A stretch of 64,000 nt of DNA, from assembly GCA_004764695.1 (NCBI GenBank), contig SMSO01000034.1, positions 620,001 through 684,000 of the forward strand, given 5' to 3'. How positions within the stretch are numbered: position 1 is the first letter of the stretch; every line of letters starts with the position of its first letter. The notes below the pieces were generated by a model, which searched no databases, was not told where the DNA came from, and worked only from the letters and a program-made list of their open reading frames with translations. Below are positions 44,733-56,145 of this stretch, one piece after another. The position numbers and the translations under genes were made by a program. This DNA comes from Schizochytrium sp. TIO01 (taxonomy: Eukaryota; Protista; Bigyra: Labyrinthulomycetes).

Positions 44733-46477
44733 CTGGGTAGGTAGGTAGAAATGATTGCTGGGTCACATAAATAAATGTTGTGTGGCGATTGTCGGCATAG
44801 TCGACTTGGATGTAAATATCGCCAGCTATGCCTGAGTCTGCGCAAACCCGAAGCTGTTTGAGACTGGCAGAGACGCTGAGGTAGGAGCAAGTTGAACTCG
44901 CTTGAACTTGCTTCGAGTCACCACAGCTTGCTCGAAGCAAGTTCAAGCCGGGACTGGATCAGTTGAAGAATCAGTTGAGTACTCAACCGACTGACTCTGT
45001 CAACGGCATGGCGTATGCTGGAGAAGCTAAATAACTCCACCTTTTTCTTAATTAATTAAAAGAAAAAAAAGTATCTGTAGAAAAAGTTGAGAATCGCCTA
45101 CTTCCGTCTCTAGAGGTACGTACTAGAAGCGTCTAAGCAGTACAGTAGGTCGTGGGCACTTAGGTGTGATTACCTAAATTGTGAAATGTGCTTTCTACAG
45201 GCTGGCTTTAGGCCTAGGCACTCATACGATTGTCACAGCGTCTTAAACTTTCCGTTGCGTACTATTAGTAGCTAGCTAGGTTTTCATATGAGCCACTTCA
45301 CGTCGCAGTTTCCACCTCAGTCTTCTGTTCCTTTTTATTCCAGTATATTAGTAGAGGTAGGCTCAAGTTCTACTAAATGAGGAAGCAGCAGGCCTTTCCA
45401 ATAGTAAGAATTAAAAACTTTATAAAAGCAACTTGAACTTTTGACTATTTTTTCTAATTTTTAAAAGTTTTCATCTTCATTTTCATTTAATTTTTTTTTA
45501 ATTTTAATGAAACGATGAGAACTGCGGAGGCCGCCAGAGTTCTGCAATAATGGTCACCTACCAACTCGAAAGGTTTTCAATCAAGCTAGACGAAATCCAA
45601 GCGGACCCAACCTGATATTGTCATCTCATGAAAATGGTCTGACAGAGGCACGCACAAAGGTGAGTACCTGCGATCGTTTTATAGGTGGGAAGCAAGGTTT
45701 AATACTGGGTCGTAGGTGCGAATATTTAAATTGTCTACTATAGAGGAGGTTGACCATTGCAGTCTCTCAAATGACCCACACCTGGCTATATCGATGACTC
45801 CTATTTAGGAAGATTTCGATGTGCTCAATTGTATTCAGTATCTGCCAGACAGAATCTCGAGACATAAGTCTAGATATTAAAATGAAGAAACTCTGACGGC
45901 TCAGGTCATCCAAGTTTTCGTAAGCTAAAAGAAGATTATCTATCTATCATTGGAATATCTTCTTCTTTCTCTGACCTAGGAGACATATTGAAGATATGAC
46001 AAACTCTTTTTCATTCCCAAGACATGATCCATCGATTGTTACGTCCTTTCATTCATTCTTTCGGTTTTATGATCGCTCCAATCGGCCATTAACAAACAAC
46101 TATAAGAACTTGCGATTCTCGTAATAAGATTACAGGGCGTTGGAGAAACGTTGTCGGTTGAATACAGGGCTCTATGTTCAAACTTCTTCGATCAAACGAC
46201 TTTTCATTATACTGCCTCTAATTTGTTAATTTCTCGTGGAGCTGCATCGCGAAAAACCGCATACGCGTAAACAACGTCTAAATGCAACCGACTGTTGATC
46301 CCAATCCAGCGAAGTAGCTGTGAAAACATGCATTATGTTAAAAGTGCTATATGCAACATTTGACGCCAATGCGTTCTCAAATCGAAGGATAGAGAAAACC
46401 GTGCACCACAAGCGTGCATGCTAGGAGTAGCAGTACACACCTTTGTATGAAGAAATTGGGTTGCGCGAACCGCTTTG

Positions 46478-46555
46478 TAGTAATAGTAATAGTACTAATA
46501 ATAGTACTAATAATAGTACTACTAATAGTAGTAGTGGTGGTGGTAGTGGTGGTAG
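46478..46555. repeat. Degenerate TAG/TAA/TAC/TGG trinucleotide tract
   Basis: Seen directly upstream of the 46740 ORF. Confidence 0.75.
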
Positions 46556-46739
46556 CTCTTTTGGAAACGCGGAGTAGTATTTGGATTCAATGCGGAGGGG
46601 TTTATATGCATATTTGTAAATTAAAGTAGAAAACAGTGGACTCACGCAGAGCAAGAGTGGACTCACTGATCGAGCAGACACATCACTTCGGGAAAGCTTC
46701 GCTGTGCGTCAAATTCTAAGCGCGGTGTTCCCTGAAAAC

Positions 46740-47351
46740 ATGCCGCACATAGGAATATCTAACCCTTGGGGAGGTTGGTCACGTGGTGCTCGCTCGAAAC
46801 ACGTTTGGCCTCGCGATGCTCCTGCGCATATTCTTGATGATAAAGGAAAGATAGCAGCAAAGGATAATTTACAAAAGAACGACAATATGGAACCATCTAC
46901 CATGAAACCAATTCAACTTGCTCCAGTTGTACAAGAAGGTGAAGAGCGAAGAACTTTCAAAGAGAACTACAAGTCAGGTATACGGCGTCTCTCAAATTTA
47001 CTCTCATCGTCATCTGGTGAACCGAGGCGCCCTCAAGATGCCAGCAATGTCCGTAGCGAAGAGGATGAAGTATTCATGCCCTCGCTCACAGAACTTGGAG
47101 ATTTTGCAGGAGGACTCGTCTTCGTGGATGGAGACCAACTCATTGTTTTTGACAAATCAAGTCAGGAACAAACAGGGTTCTTTTATGCAGAGAACGAAGA
47201 GAAACAATCGGATCATGGAGATGATAAAATGCAAGCAACTAACAATGGTTCACAAGGCAACAAACGCGTCCCTTTCCCAGCACAGAAACTTTCAAACATG
47301 CAGCAACAGCCACGCCTTTTCATGGCATCGAAAGTACCATCTTATGAGTAA
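46740..47351 (+). CDS. Hypothetical protein (203 aa)
   Basis: Isolated ORF with protein-like hydrophilic composition; first ATG at 46740; no domain recognised. Confidence 0.55.
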   Translation: MPHIGISNPWGGWSRGARSKHVWPRDAPAHILDDKGKIAAKDNLQKNDNMEPSTMKPIQLAPVVQEGEERRTFKENYKSGIRRLSNLLSSSSGEPRRPQDASNVRSEEDEVFMPSLTELGDFAGGLVFVDGDQLIVFDKSSQEQTGFFYAENEEKQSDHGDDKMQATNNGSQGNKRVPFPAQKLSNMQQQPRLFMASKVPSYE

Positions 47352-49460
47352 CGTTGCAGTTGCAGAGACGTCGTGTTCGCTACTGCTACTGAAAGAAGAA
47401 ACTGTGGCCATTCCCTGTTGCAGAGTATGCATGTTAGGTTCTTAACCTTTCCTCGTAAGGGGTGATCTCTTTTAGAATTGTTGAGATGTTCTAAAATGCT
47501 CAATGGTTTCGATTAACAGAAGTGTACAATGCTGAGCAGTTTAGTTTACCCACAAACTCTTTTCATTTTCATGAAGGGTGGCTTACATCTACGGACAAAT
47601 GTTCGTAGGCACCCTCGGCCCTTAATGACTACCTTCGTTTGTTTGTCTTGTGTGTTGAGTCAACCTCAATTGTAATCTATTTGACGCAGATATCCTGGGA
47701 AATTGTTTTTATTAAATTTTAATGTTTTGCTATCCATACAGTCTACAAAAGGAGAATGATACCGTGACCCAAAATCGTCAAATCATAATCTTGTGTTCTG
47801 ACTCATTTCAGATGTTTCGACTAAATTGTACTATTATTTATAGAGCTGGGTGGAAAGCAAGACCCGAAGAATTTGCACGTTATGGAATAGCTCTGCCTCC
47901 TTGATCAGACAAAACACGGACTTCAATTATCGATCAATCCTATGTTTTATATATTTCAATATCAAATAAACCACGGAAGTACCCCAAGCCATGAGCCGCG
48001 TGCGTGCCCCCCGTGCTTGCTACAAACGAGCGCTTAGTCGCGTGCAGGAAAGTCGCACAATTCTTAATTCCACTGGCGCTTTAAAATCAATCAACTCTAG
48101 AGTACACGGTCATCTTTGCGCTCCCTTATTAATTCAATACACTTGAATCCTCCCTCTTTAAAGACCTTGCCTCTAATACTTTCTGATACTTTCTGACCTT
48201 TCCCGTCTCAGTTGTTATAAGCTCAACCTGAAACACTCAAACAAAACGATTGAGTACTTCATGGATAGGAAGGTGTATACCAACCTACGTAGGAATCGTA
48301 TATTTGATTTTTTGGCCTCTTCAGAGCCGTGCACAAACACACACTCAATCCATTTTCTTCCTCGGAGTTGATATCGTGGAGTTGATATAGCACTTTCGAT
48401 CCCTCGTCCCCTCTCTCTTCTTCCTCCTCTTCGTGGTGTAGTATCCTCCTTAAGTTGGTCCTAAGGTAAACGATATCTAGCGTATGATGTGCACAGTGGG
48501 TGTAGGAGAATAAACAAAAAACATCGTTATGATTAGTAAGTAAGCAGCAGAGTACATGAGAAAATCGTGTTTGCTTGAAATTCTGATCTTGTGAACCATT
48601 CTCCTGAAAGGTTCACAATAGTGCCTTCTCTTTACCATCGTAGGTGAGCTGCATATACGCTTAAAGCATGAATAATACTGGAGACGTGGGAGGACTTAAT
48701 TAGGTTCACCTGACCAGCTCAGGTTTTCGTTCCTCTACCTACAGGTAATTAGGTACCTGCCTACCTACAATCCATAAAGTTAAAGAATATTATTTCTAAT
48801 TCTGGGATAGCCAAAACCATTTTCTTTCCTCCCGAGTCTCACAAAACATCACTTGGTAAGAGCCATTGGAAATCATTATATTTATTTAGGAATATAACAT
48901 GCATATTCGCATGTACAGACTTGAGCTGATGCAAGTTGAATGAGCTCTAGACAAAGACCATAAGAACGCAAGCACGTGAAGCAGTAGATTGCATTTTGAC
49001 TTTTCTCTGAGGTCCATAACTGCTTAGGAAGTAGGTAGGCAACTCTTAGTACGATGTTTATAATGTGTTTCCCTGGTAATATATTAGGTATCACACTCAA
49101 GACAGTACTAGTAGTAATTATATAGTTTTATTTATTTAAATTTGTAAGAAAGAATAAATCATTGTGTTCACTAGTATTGTTTCTGCTGCTGCTTCGCGCA
49201 CGCGCCGCGACTCCAATTCTATTCGAGCGAGTGCTGTTGCCCATTACAAGGACCGCTTTGGGCGGCCGGGGTTGCTGCAGGGTCAGCAAAGTCCTCGGCG
49301 TGCATACAATATCACCTGAGGATTTCTCTGTAAATCCTTTGGCGTCACAGGCATCCATCCATTGGCATTGTTTGATGCTTGTTGTTCATTCTTGCATCTA
49401 CTTTCGTTTGTGCATTCAGTACTGACGGGTTAGCTCGAAACCTTTCCACGACAGTCTGTG

Positions 49461-51128
49461 ATGGCGCGTATTCGTCAGGCGCCGACTGTGCGAAGACCAT
49501 CTGTCGCAGATGCGGAGGAGTTTGCGTCCGAAGACGAAGAAGAGCTTGAGGTGGCGGCCCCTACTGCTTCTGATACACCCCGTCTCCAGGCACCAGGGAA
49601 GCATCAAGAACAACAATTTCAACGAAGAAGACCAGTCCCAATGAAGCTTGCATCCCAAAATCAATCCTCTCAAAATCAGAATGCACGCACATCTCAAAAA
49701 TCTCAGCTCTCAGCCCCAGGACGTCGTCTCCCATCTCAAACGGCTCAAAAGCAAGCCCCACAAAGACCTCGTAAAATGCAGCATGATTCTGAGGAAGAAG
49801 AGGAAGATGTAGAAGAAGAATCAGGTGTCTCTGATGCGGAGCAGGACGAAGCTGAAATAGAAGAATATAATAGCGAGACGGTCTCGGTCGAAGACGCAGA
49901 AGATACCGCGCCCATAATTCAAAGAGAGAATCGTGCGGGATCAACTCAGTCTGCAACCAGGAAAGGAAAACAGATAATGGTTGCAAAAACAATGCCATTG
50001 CCACGCAAAGGGAGTACGTCCGGAACAAAGACACTTGCGCAAGTTAATGCAGAGTCAAACCTTCCCCCAGACATTCCTATTGCAAAAGCTACAACAATAC
50101 CACGCAGGCAATCCGTGTCTAGTGCACGGAAAGGTAAATCTGCTGCAGCCACAGGCGCCTCGGACTCCGAAAGTACCTCATCCTCCTCAGGATCAGATTC
50201 GGAGTCTTCAAGTTCATCCATGAGCGATTCTGATTCTTATGATTCTGATTCTTCTGTGAGCTCTGATTCCTCCTATTCAACATTAGCGTCTGATGAGAGC
50301 GGCTATAGTGCACAGGTCCGCAGAAGGAAGTTGCGCCGGCGGCGCCGGCGTAAAAATGAATCACCGTTGCTCAGATCACTGTCGAAATTCTTGCCGCCGC
50401 TTCTTGCGTTGCCAATCTTTCTGCTAATCAGAGTCTTTGTTATGTGGCCTTTCAACTTCGTTTGGGGTGTATCTAAGCGAGGGGCTTTCATTGTCATGTA
50501 TGCCCAACCATACGTCATGAAAACTTATCACTATGTACGTGAAAATTTTCCTTGGAGCACCGCTCGCGAGGCGGCTGTTATTTCTTTACGTGTAAGCGCC
50601 GAAGGAGCAAAATATGGTGCTAGTGCAAGTCGTACAGGAACTGCTGCGCTGTGGTCATCTTCTCAAGTCTGGGGAGAGCGTGCTGTGGTCCTGTGCAAAG
50701 CGTTTGGGCATTCAATGGCAGGGCTTCTAGCATCAGGTGCGCGCCTGTGCGGCAGTGGGATTGTACGGGGTGCGCTGGGCCTTCGTGATGGTTTGACGTG
50801 GACCATGCGGGCAGTTGGAAGCATCCTTTACAACATCCTAGTATTCCCCTTGCGTGTGGGCAAGTTCATTGCATTCTTACCTTGGTCGATGCTTGAATTC
50901 GCGCGAGGCTTCACAGGTTTTTTCAGAGACAACCAGGACACTTTGGCTGATGTCATTGCAACAATCATTGGAATGTATCTTATTGGTGTCCTTTTGGGCG
51001 TACTTTTGGGACCCATTGCGGTCAAGCTTGGATGGATGTCATATGAAATGTTGGATGCTCTAGGCGTGGCCGAACTCTGTGTTTCTATTGGACTCTTACG
51101 AAAACCTGGCTGGTTTATTTGGAAGTAG
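49461..51128 (+). CDS. Hypothetical membrane protein: disordered acidic/Ser-rich N-half, polybasic stretch, hydrophobic C-half
   Basis: 555-aa ORF; RRRKLRRRRRRK followed by several hydrophobic/amphipathic segments. Confidence 0.8.
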   Translation: MARIRQAPTVRRPSVADAEEFASEDEEELEVAAPTASDTPRLQAPGKHQEQQFQRRRPVPMKLASQNQSSQNQNARTSQKSQLSAPGRRLPSQTAQKQAPQRPRKMQHDSEEEEEDVEEESGVSDAEQDEAEIEEYNSETVSVEDAEDTAPIIQRENRAGSTQSATRKGKQIMVAKTMPLPRKGSTSGTKTLAQVNAESNLPPDIPIAKATTIPRRQSVSSARKGKSAAATGASDSESTSSSSGSDSESSSSSMSDSDSYDSDSSVSSDSSYSTLASDESGYSAQVRRRKLRRRRRRKNESPLLRSLSKFLPPLLALPIFLLIRVFVMWPFNFVWGVSKRGAFIVMYAQPYVMKTYHYVRENFPWSTAREAAVISLRVSAEGAKYGASASRTGTAALWSSSQVWGERAVVLCKAFGHSMAGLLASGARLCGSGIVRGALGLRDGLTWTMRAVGSILYNILVFPLRVGKFIAFLPWSMLEFARGFTGFFRDNQDTLADVIATIIGMYLIGVLLGVLLGPIAVKLGWMSYEMLDALGVAELCVSIGLLRKPGWFIWK

Positions 51129-52476
51129 ATATAGGTCTGCAAGATAATCCTCATTTGAACAAAGACATATAAAGAGTGAACAACAGTGGAAAGGGTGAGA
51201 ACCTTACAAGAGGAAAGTCGAGAGTCATTGTTCCATCAAGTCATCTACAAGCTCTCAGTCAACCTTCAGCTTCAACTTTTTTTAACCAACTAGAGGAATA
51301 AAAAAAGAAAGAAACTTTCATCTACTTCACACGAGTAACTATCATTTTGAACAAATAAAATAAACGATTTCTTTTATAGTACTTCTTTGATTGTGTAGAT
51401 CGCAGCTCTCATGGACACGCCTCTTCGATGACTTTGATTAGAATTACTATAACAATGAAAACAACGCTGACTGTAAAGAATCATTTAATTTCGAATTGCT
51501 TGATAGCTCGAATTTTATTTTTTTTTCAAGTGCAGCTCATCTCAGAAAATGAAATGCCATCCTGGCTACGTATTTAAGGGTGGTTGAACGAACCAAAGTA
51601 GGCATAGCAGATTCCTTTGCTACCTGTACCTCATCAGAGATACTTACAAGCTTGCACCAAGTGCAGGATGATTAATACAGTTTTCTTATGGCCTTTTATA
51701 TTGTAAATTGCTATCTTTCGAAGTAAAATTGTTGGAAATGAATTGGACTAGTTGTATGGACCCTCTCAATATTCCAAGGCAATCTGTACTGTACCAGCGA
51801 TTTAGGATTAGTCCTTTAAGAGAAAAGGGCACATCTGTGGGGAAAAGTTGAGACAGTCTCAGAGAAATTCGCTGTATAAATAAAAAATGAATTACAAAGA
51901 AGCTTTTTGGAAAGGTGAAAATTGTAAAATAAATGACTTTAATATCCTGTGAATTTGGCACATAATGTTAAATTGTGTGAATAAGAGTAGAAGGCTCAAG
52001 GTTCAAAAATTTTAGGCATCTACGAGAAATATAGCGAGAAGAAAGAAAGTGGGTTAAAGGGTCCAAATTCGGTGAAAAAATAATAGCACAATAACAATGT
52101 CAATGAAGACTGCTGCATACAAAAGCATACGCTAATCAATTCAGGTCGGAATATAACAAGTTCATTTCCCATATAACCAGGGTCGTGAAATCGTAACATT
52201 CTTACACATAAATCACACGCCTCACAAAGGCTTTCGTTGGATCTGTAAAAAAATGTGAAACGAGTGTTTATGCGTATAAAACCTCCTCCTTCTCTCTACA
52301 CGTATTTCTCTGCCATGATGGTAGAGTAGGTCAAAATTGTATCTCTTCTCTTTTTTTTTTTTTTTTTTTGATAAAGGGTGGGCTCAGGAAGAGGAGAACA
52401 CGCACGGTACAAAAGGATGGTGTCAGGAAAAGATTTCATAATCGCTTCAAAACTAGCTCCGGGTGATACAATATCT

Positions 52477-53839
52477 TCATTTCCCTCCTGAAGAACTGCT
52501 CCCAGAGCCAGAGCCAGATCTGCTGGTGGAGTTGTGCGCGTTTTGACGGCGATTCACGGAAGAGCCCCTGCCTTGACTTTTCGGGACCGAGTCTGTGTTT
52601 TCGTCGCCACCGCTACCACTGTCTCCGCTGTCTCCGTTTCCGTTATATCCAAGAAATCCTCCACTGCCTAACCTCGATCCCGAACTAGACCCGCTACCAC
52701 TATTGGAGTCTGCCGAGCCGTTGCCAGAAGACAAGGGCGCAGAAATCATTCCAGAGTTGGCTGTTGACCCTGAACCTGATGCGGATCCCGAGCGGTTGGT
52801 GCCGTTGCTTGCTTCACCGTCACCTGACTCGACATCATCGAATGAAGATCCATCCCCATTGCGACCTCCATTCGAGCTACTTTCCTTTTCGCCGCTGCTT
52901 GCGTCTGAGCTTCTTGAAGAATGAGCCTGATGGTCACCATTCATGTTTGACTCATCAAACGCCATCTGGCGATTTCGCTTATTGGATCCACCATTTCGCG
53001 GAGCGCTTACACTGGCAGAGCGCGTGCTGGACTGCCCGCCATGACTAGTAGAATCACGAGTGCTAGCCTTGTTTCTTTGTGCAACATATCTTGCTCTGAT
53101 GGCAGCCTGGCCACGCTTTGTGAGCTTGCGAATAGTATTCATCGGGTCATCCCGCATCTCGCATAGTAGTGGCTCAAAGTTGATGTCTGATTTAATAAGT
53201 GCTGCAAGCAAGCGTTGGCGCTCTTCGGAATCCGGAAAGTTAAGGTCGGCATAATCTTCGCCGTAGTATGAAATAGCTTTAAGATCAACACAAAGAGCAG
53301 CGCGTAATTCAGAATCATAGGCTCCAAGGTGTTCGCTCTTATTTGAGGTGGGATTCCATACGCGTGCAGTCCAGACTTTAGAGCGGCGATTCCATGACAC
53401 GCCACGAAATTTTGAGCCTTTATCTTTGCTTCGGTCAAGATCAGCAACTTGATTGTATACAGGATTTGATGGAGCAGCGGGCATCATAGAATCAGCGCCC
53501 TGAGGGGCGCCGTTGTACATCCATGAACTTTGCATGTAGACCGGTTGATTTGACGTCATTGGAGCGAACTGTCCCTGGTTTACGGGAAATGTTTGTTGTT
53601 GTTGTTGTTGCTGCATTTGTTGCTGCGAGTTTTGCTGCGAGGGGTTTATCCATTGTGAATTCTCCTGGGTAGATGGCGCAGGAAAGTTCATATTCATCAT
53701 GAATGGGGCCATGCCCATGTTTGGGTTTGATATTCCATTCATTGTATTACCCATCTGCTGAAAGCCTGAAACACCAGGCACGAATGGTATTGCATTCATG
53801 TTCTGGCCTATCATCATTTGTGAAGGGAATCCGTACTGT

Positions 53840-53872
<33 letters not shown>

Positions 53873-54069
53873 GGCTGCTGTTGCTGCTGCTGCTGAGGAG
53901 AGAACATCACCATGTTCGCTGGGTTTGTCATTGACATTGTCGGTGCGTTCATATATCCCTGATTTGATTGAGGTTGTGTTTGCTGCTGTGTTTGTTGTTG
54001 TTGCTGCTGATGCTGTTTATCTGAGTCGTTGCTGTTTACAGCACCATTCGATGTGGTCATCTGGTACAT
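52477..54069 (-). CDS. AP2/ERF-domain transcription factor with Q/M/N-rich N-terminus and S/G-rich C-terminus
   Basis: SKFRGVSWNRRSKVWTARVW...HLGAYDSELRAALCVDLKAISYYGEDYADLNFP matches the AP2 domain; polyQ tracts. Confidence 0.88.
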
Positions 54070-54986
54070 GGTGCCTTTTGTTTTGTCACTGACTTAATCG
54101 AGCACGCAGCAAAAGCCAAACCTCTCCTCTTGAGGACCTTTTCAGAATCGGATTAATGATACCTCAATAAAGAAAAATTGGGTCTCTGGCCTCGCACGCA
54201 CGCACGCGCGCAATCTTAAATACTCTCGAGCAACGAAGTCAAGGAAAAATCAGCAGGAGCGCCAAAGTGCGTGCACAGAAATAGACGGGTAAGACTGCCA
54301 GGTCCGGCACAGACTTAGTGGTCGCGTTAGCCTGCCGGACCGCTGGCCTGAGCTCTTTCCCGCCCGCGGCGACGCTAGCTCCGCCTGTCTATCACCCGCT
54401 AGCCTCGAGCGCGAGCCTCTCTCTCGCTCTGTGCCTGCCTGCTTGGATTTCTCCCTTTCCTCTCTTCTCCCCAGCTGACTTAACTTGGCCCTGCTCGATC
54501 TCTCTCTCTCTCTCTCTCTCTCTCTGCGGCGCCTCGCCCGCGGCACAACTAGCTGGCTGCTAGCTAGCTATACAGGCCCCGAGCCTCGCGCGCCCTACGC
54601 AGCGCAGAGCAGAGACGGGAGTGTGGAGGTGCAGCGCAGAAGACGAGACCGGGTCTGTGACAGCTATGCAAAAGCACAACAGGAGAAGACAAACCAAAGT
54701 GACGAGAGAGAGGAAGGCCGAAAAAAGGCAACTCACACAGAAAAGCACGGCAAAAATAACTCAATCAGAGACAGATAAACAGATAAACAAAGAAACAAAG
54801 AAACACTCACTCGGTCAATCAGGCACAATCAGTCAATCAGTCGCGCGGTGGGTATAGATCGATAGATAGATACCTCTTCAGAGGAACAGACAGACAGACA
54901 GAGCTCTTCCTCGGCCGGGGCGTACCACGGCGAAGCCTTCCCTGCGGAGGAAGGGGGAGAACGTGCGAGCCTACCAAGAACCGCGC

Positions 54987-55020
54987 TTGTTTGTTTGTTT
55001 GTTTGTTTGTTTGTTTGTTG
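54987..55020. repeat. (GTTT)n microsatellite
   Basis: Seen directly. Confidence 0.85.
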
Positions 55021-55339
55021 ATCGATGAGATGAAACAATAGTTTGACGTTTGCTTCTCCTTCCTTCCTGTCTTCTTCTCTCTTTGTTTTTCTTCTCGTGT
55101 TTTTAAAAAGCCTTTCCCTCGTGGTTTTTTTGCCAACTAATTTGCCTATACAGCTTAATTTACCCCTGGCTGCACTTGACTCGGGCAAACGCTATGTATG
55201 TGAAGGCCGATGTTAAATCAATTTTTAAAAAGCGACTCGGAGGTTAGTGATCATATAAGTGACTCATATGCAACCAAACTAAAAGGAACGAGGGCCTTCT
55301 CTTTCCATTCTCCTTTTAATTAAAAAAAAAAAAGTTTTA

Positions 55340-55428
55340 TTCTTCCTTCCTTCCTTCCTTCCTTCCTTTCTTTCTTTCTTTCTTTCATTCATTTTTTTCT
55401 TTCTTTCTTTCTTCTCTCTCTCTCTCTC
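55340..55428. repeat. Polypyrimidine compound microsatellite (TTCC/TTTC/CT)
   Basis: Seen directly. Confidence 0.8.
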
Positions 55429-55491
55429 AAATATCTATCGGATTGGCGTCATTTGGCGTCCATAGACAATGGTGCGTTCTCTGCAGCTTTA

Positions 55492-55522
<31 letters not shown>

Positions 55523-55697
55523 ATCTTTTGCTGGCTAGAGAACGAACGACTGCTCGTGGCGAGCGATCAGCCGATCGAACTCAACGAGGTCGGTTAATCA
55601 GCGCCCGCCAAATAGCTTCTGCTCTTTCCATCGACGATCTTCAATGCCCGCATTCGTTTGTAGCGAATGGCCGTGCTCTTTCTTTCTCTTCCCTCCC

Positions 55698-55700
<3 letters not shown>

Positions 55701-55739
<39 letters not shown>
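55701..55739. repeat. (AATC)n microsatellite
   Basis: Seen directly. Confidence 0.85.
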
Positions 55740-56052
55740 GAACCTCTCTCTCCTCAGCGATCGCAGGACGTCCATCGCCCGCAATTGAGAGAGGTAAGAT
55801 AGGAAGACAGCCCGCGCTCTTCCTCCTCGCCAGACAGACGGAGGGCGCGCTAAACACGAGCGTGGGCTCGGAGGGAGCCAAGCTGGAGGCCTGTGAGAGC
55901 TGTGGCGAGGGAGAGAGGAGAGAGGAGAGAAATGCCAATGCGGGGAAAAGGAAGCGAGAGTCAACGAAGAATGAATGCATGAACGAACGAATGAATGAAT
56001 GCATGCATGAATGAATGAATGATGCAACAACCATCAAAGAGAACGGTGATGG

Positions 56053-56084
56053 TCTCTCTCTCTGTATCTGTCTCTGTCTCTCTC

Positions 56085-56120
<36 letters not shown>

Positions 56121-56145
56121 GAAGGGCAGCAGCAGCAGCAGCAGC
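56053..56145. repeat. (CT)n/(CTGT)n then (CAG)n compound microsatellite
   Basis: Seen directly. Confidence 0.8.

Noticed and set aside
41357-46411. Short ORFs between ACSBG and the 46740 gene
   Set aside because: No recognisable domains; they overlap simple repeats; could not support a gene or mobile element
48436-48445. GTGTAGTATC matching the U2 snRNA branch-pairing sequence
   Set aside because: Flanks lack the U2 5' stem (CTCGGCCTTTTGGCTAAGATCA) and the downstream TGTTCT; chance match
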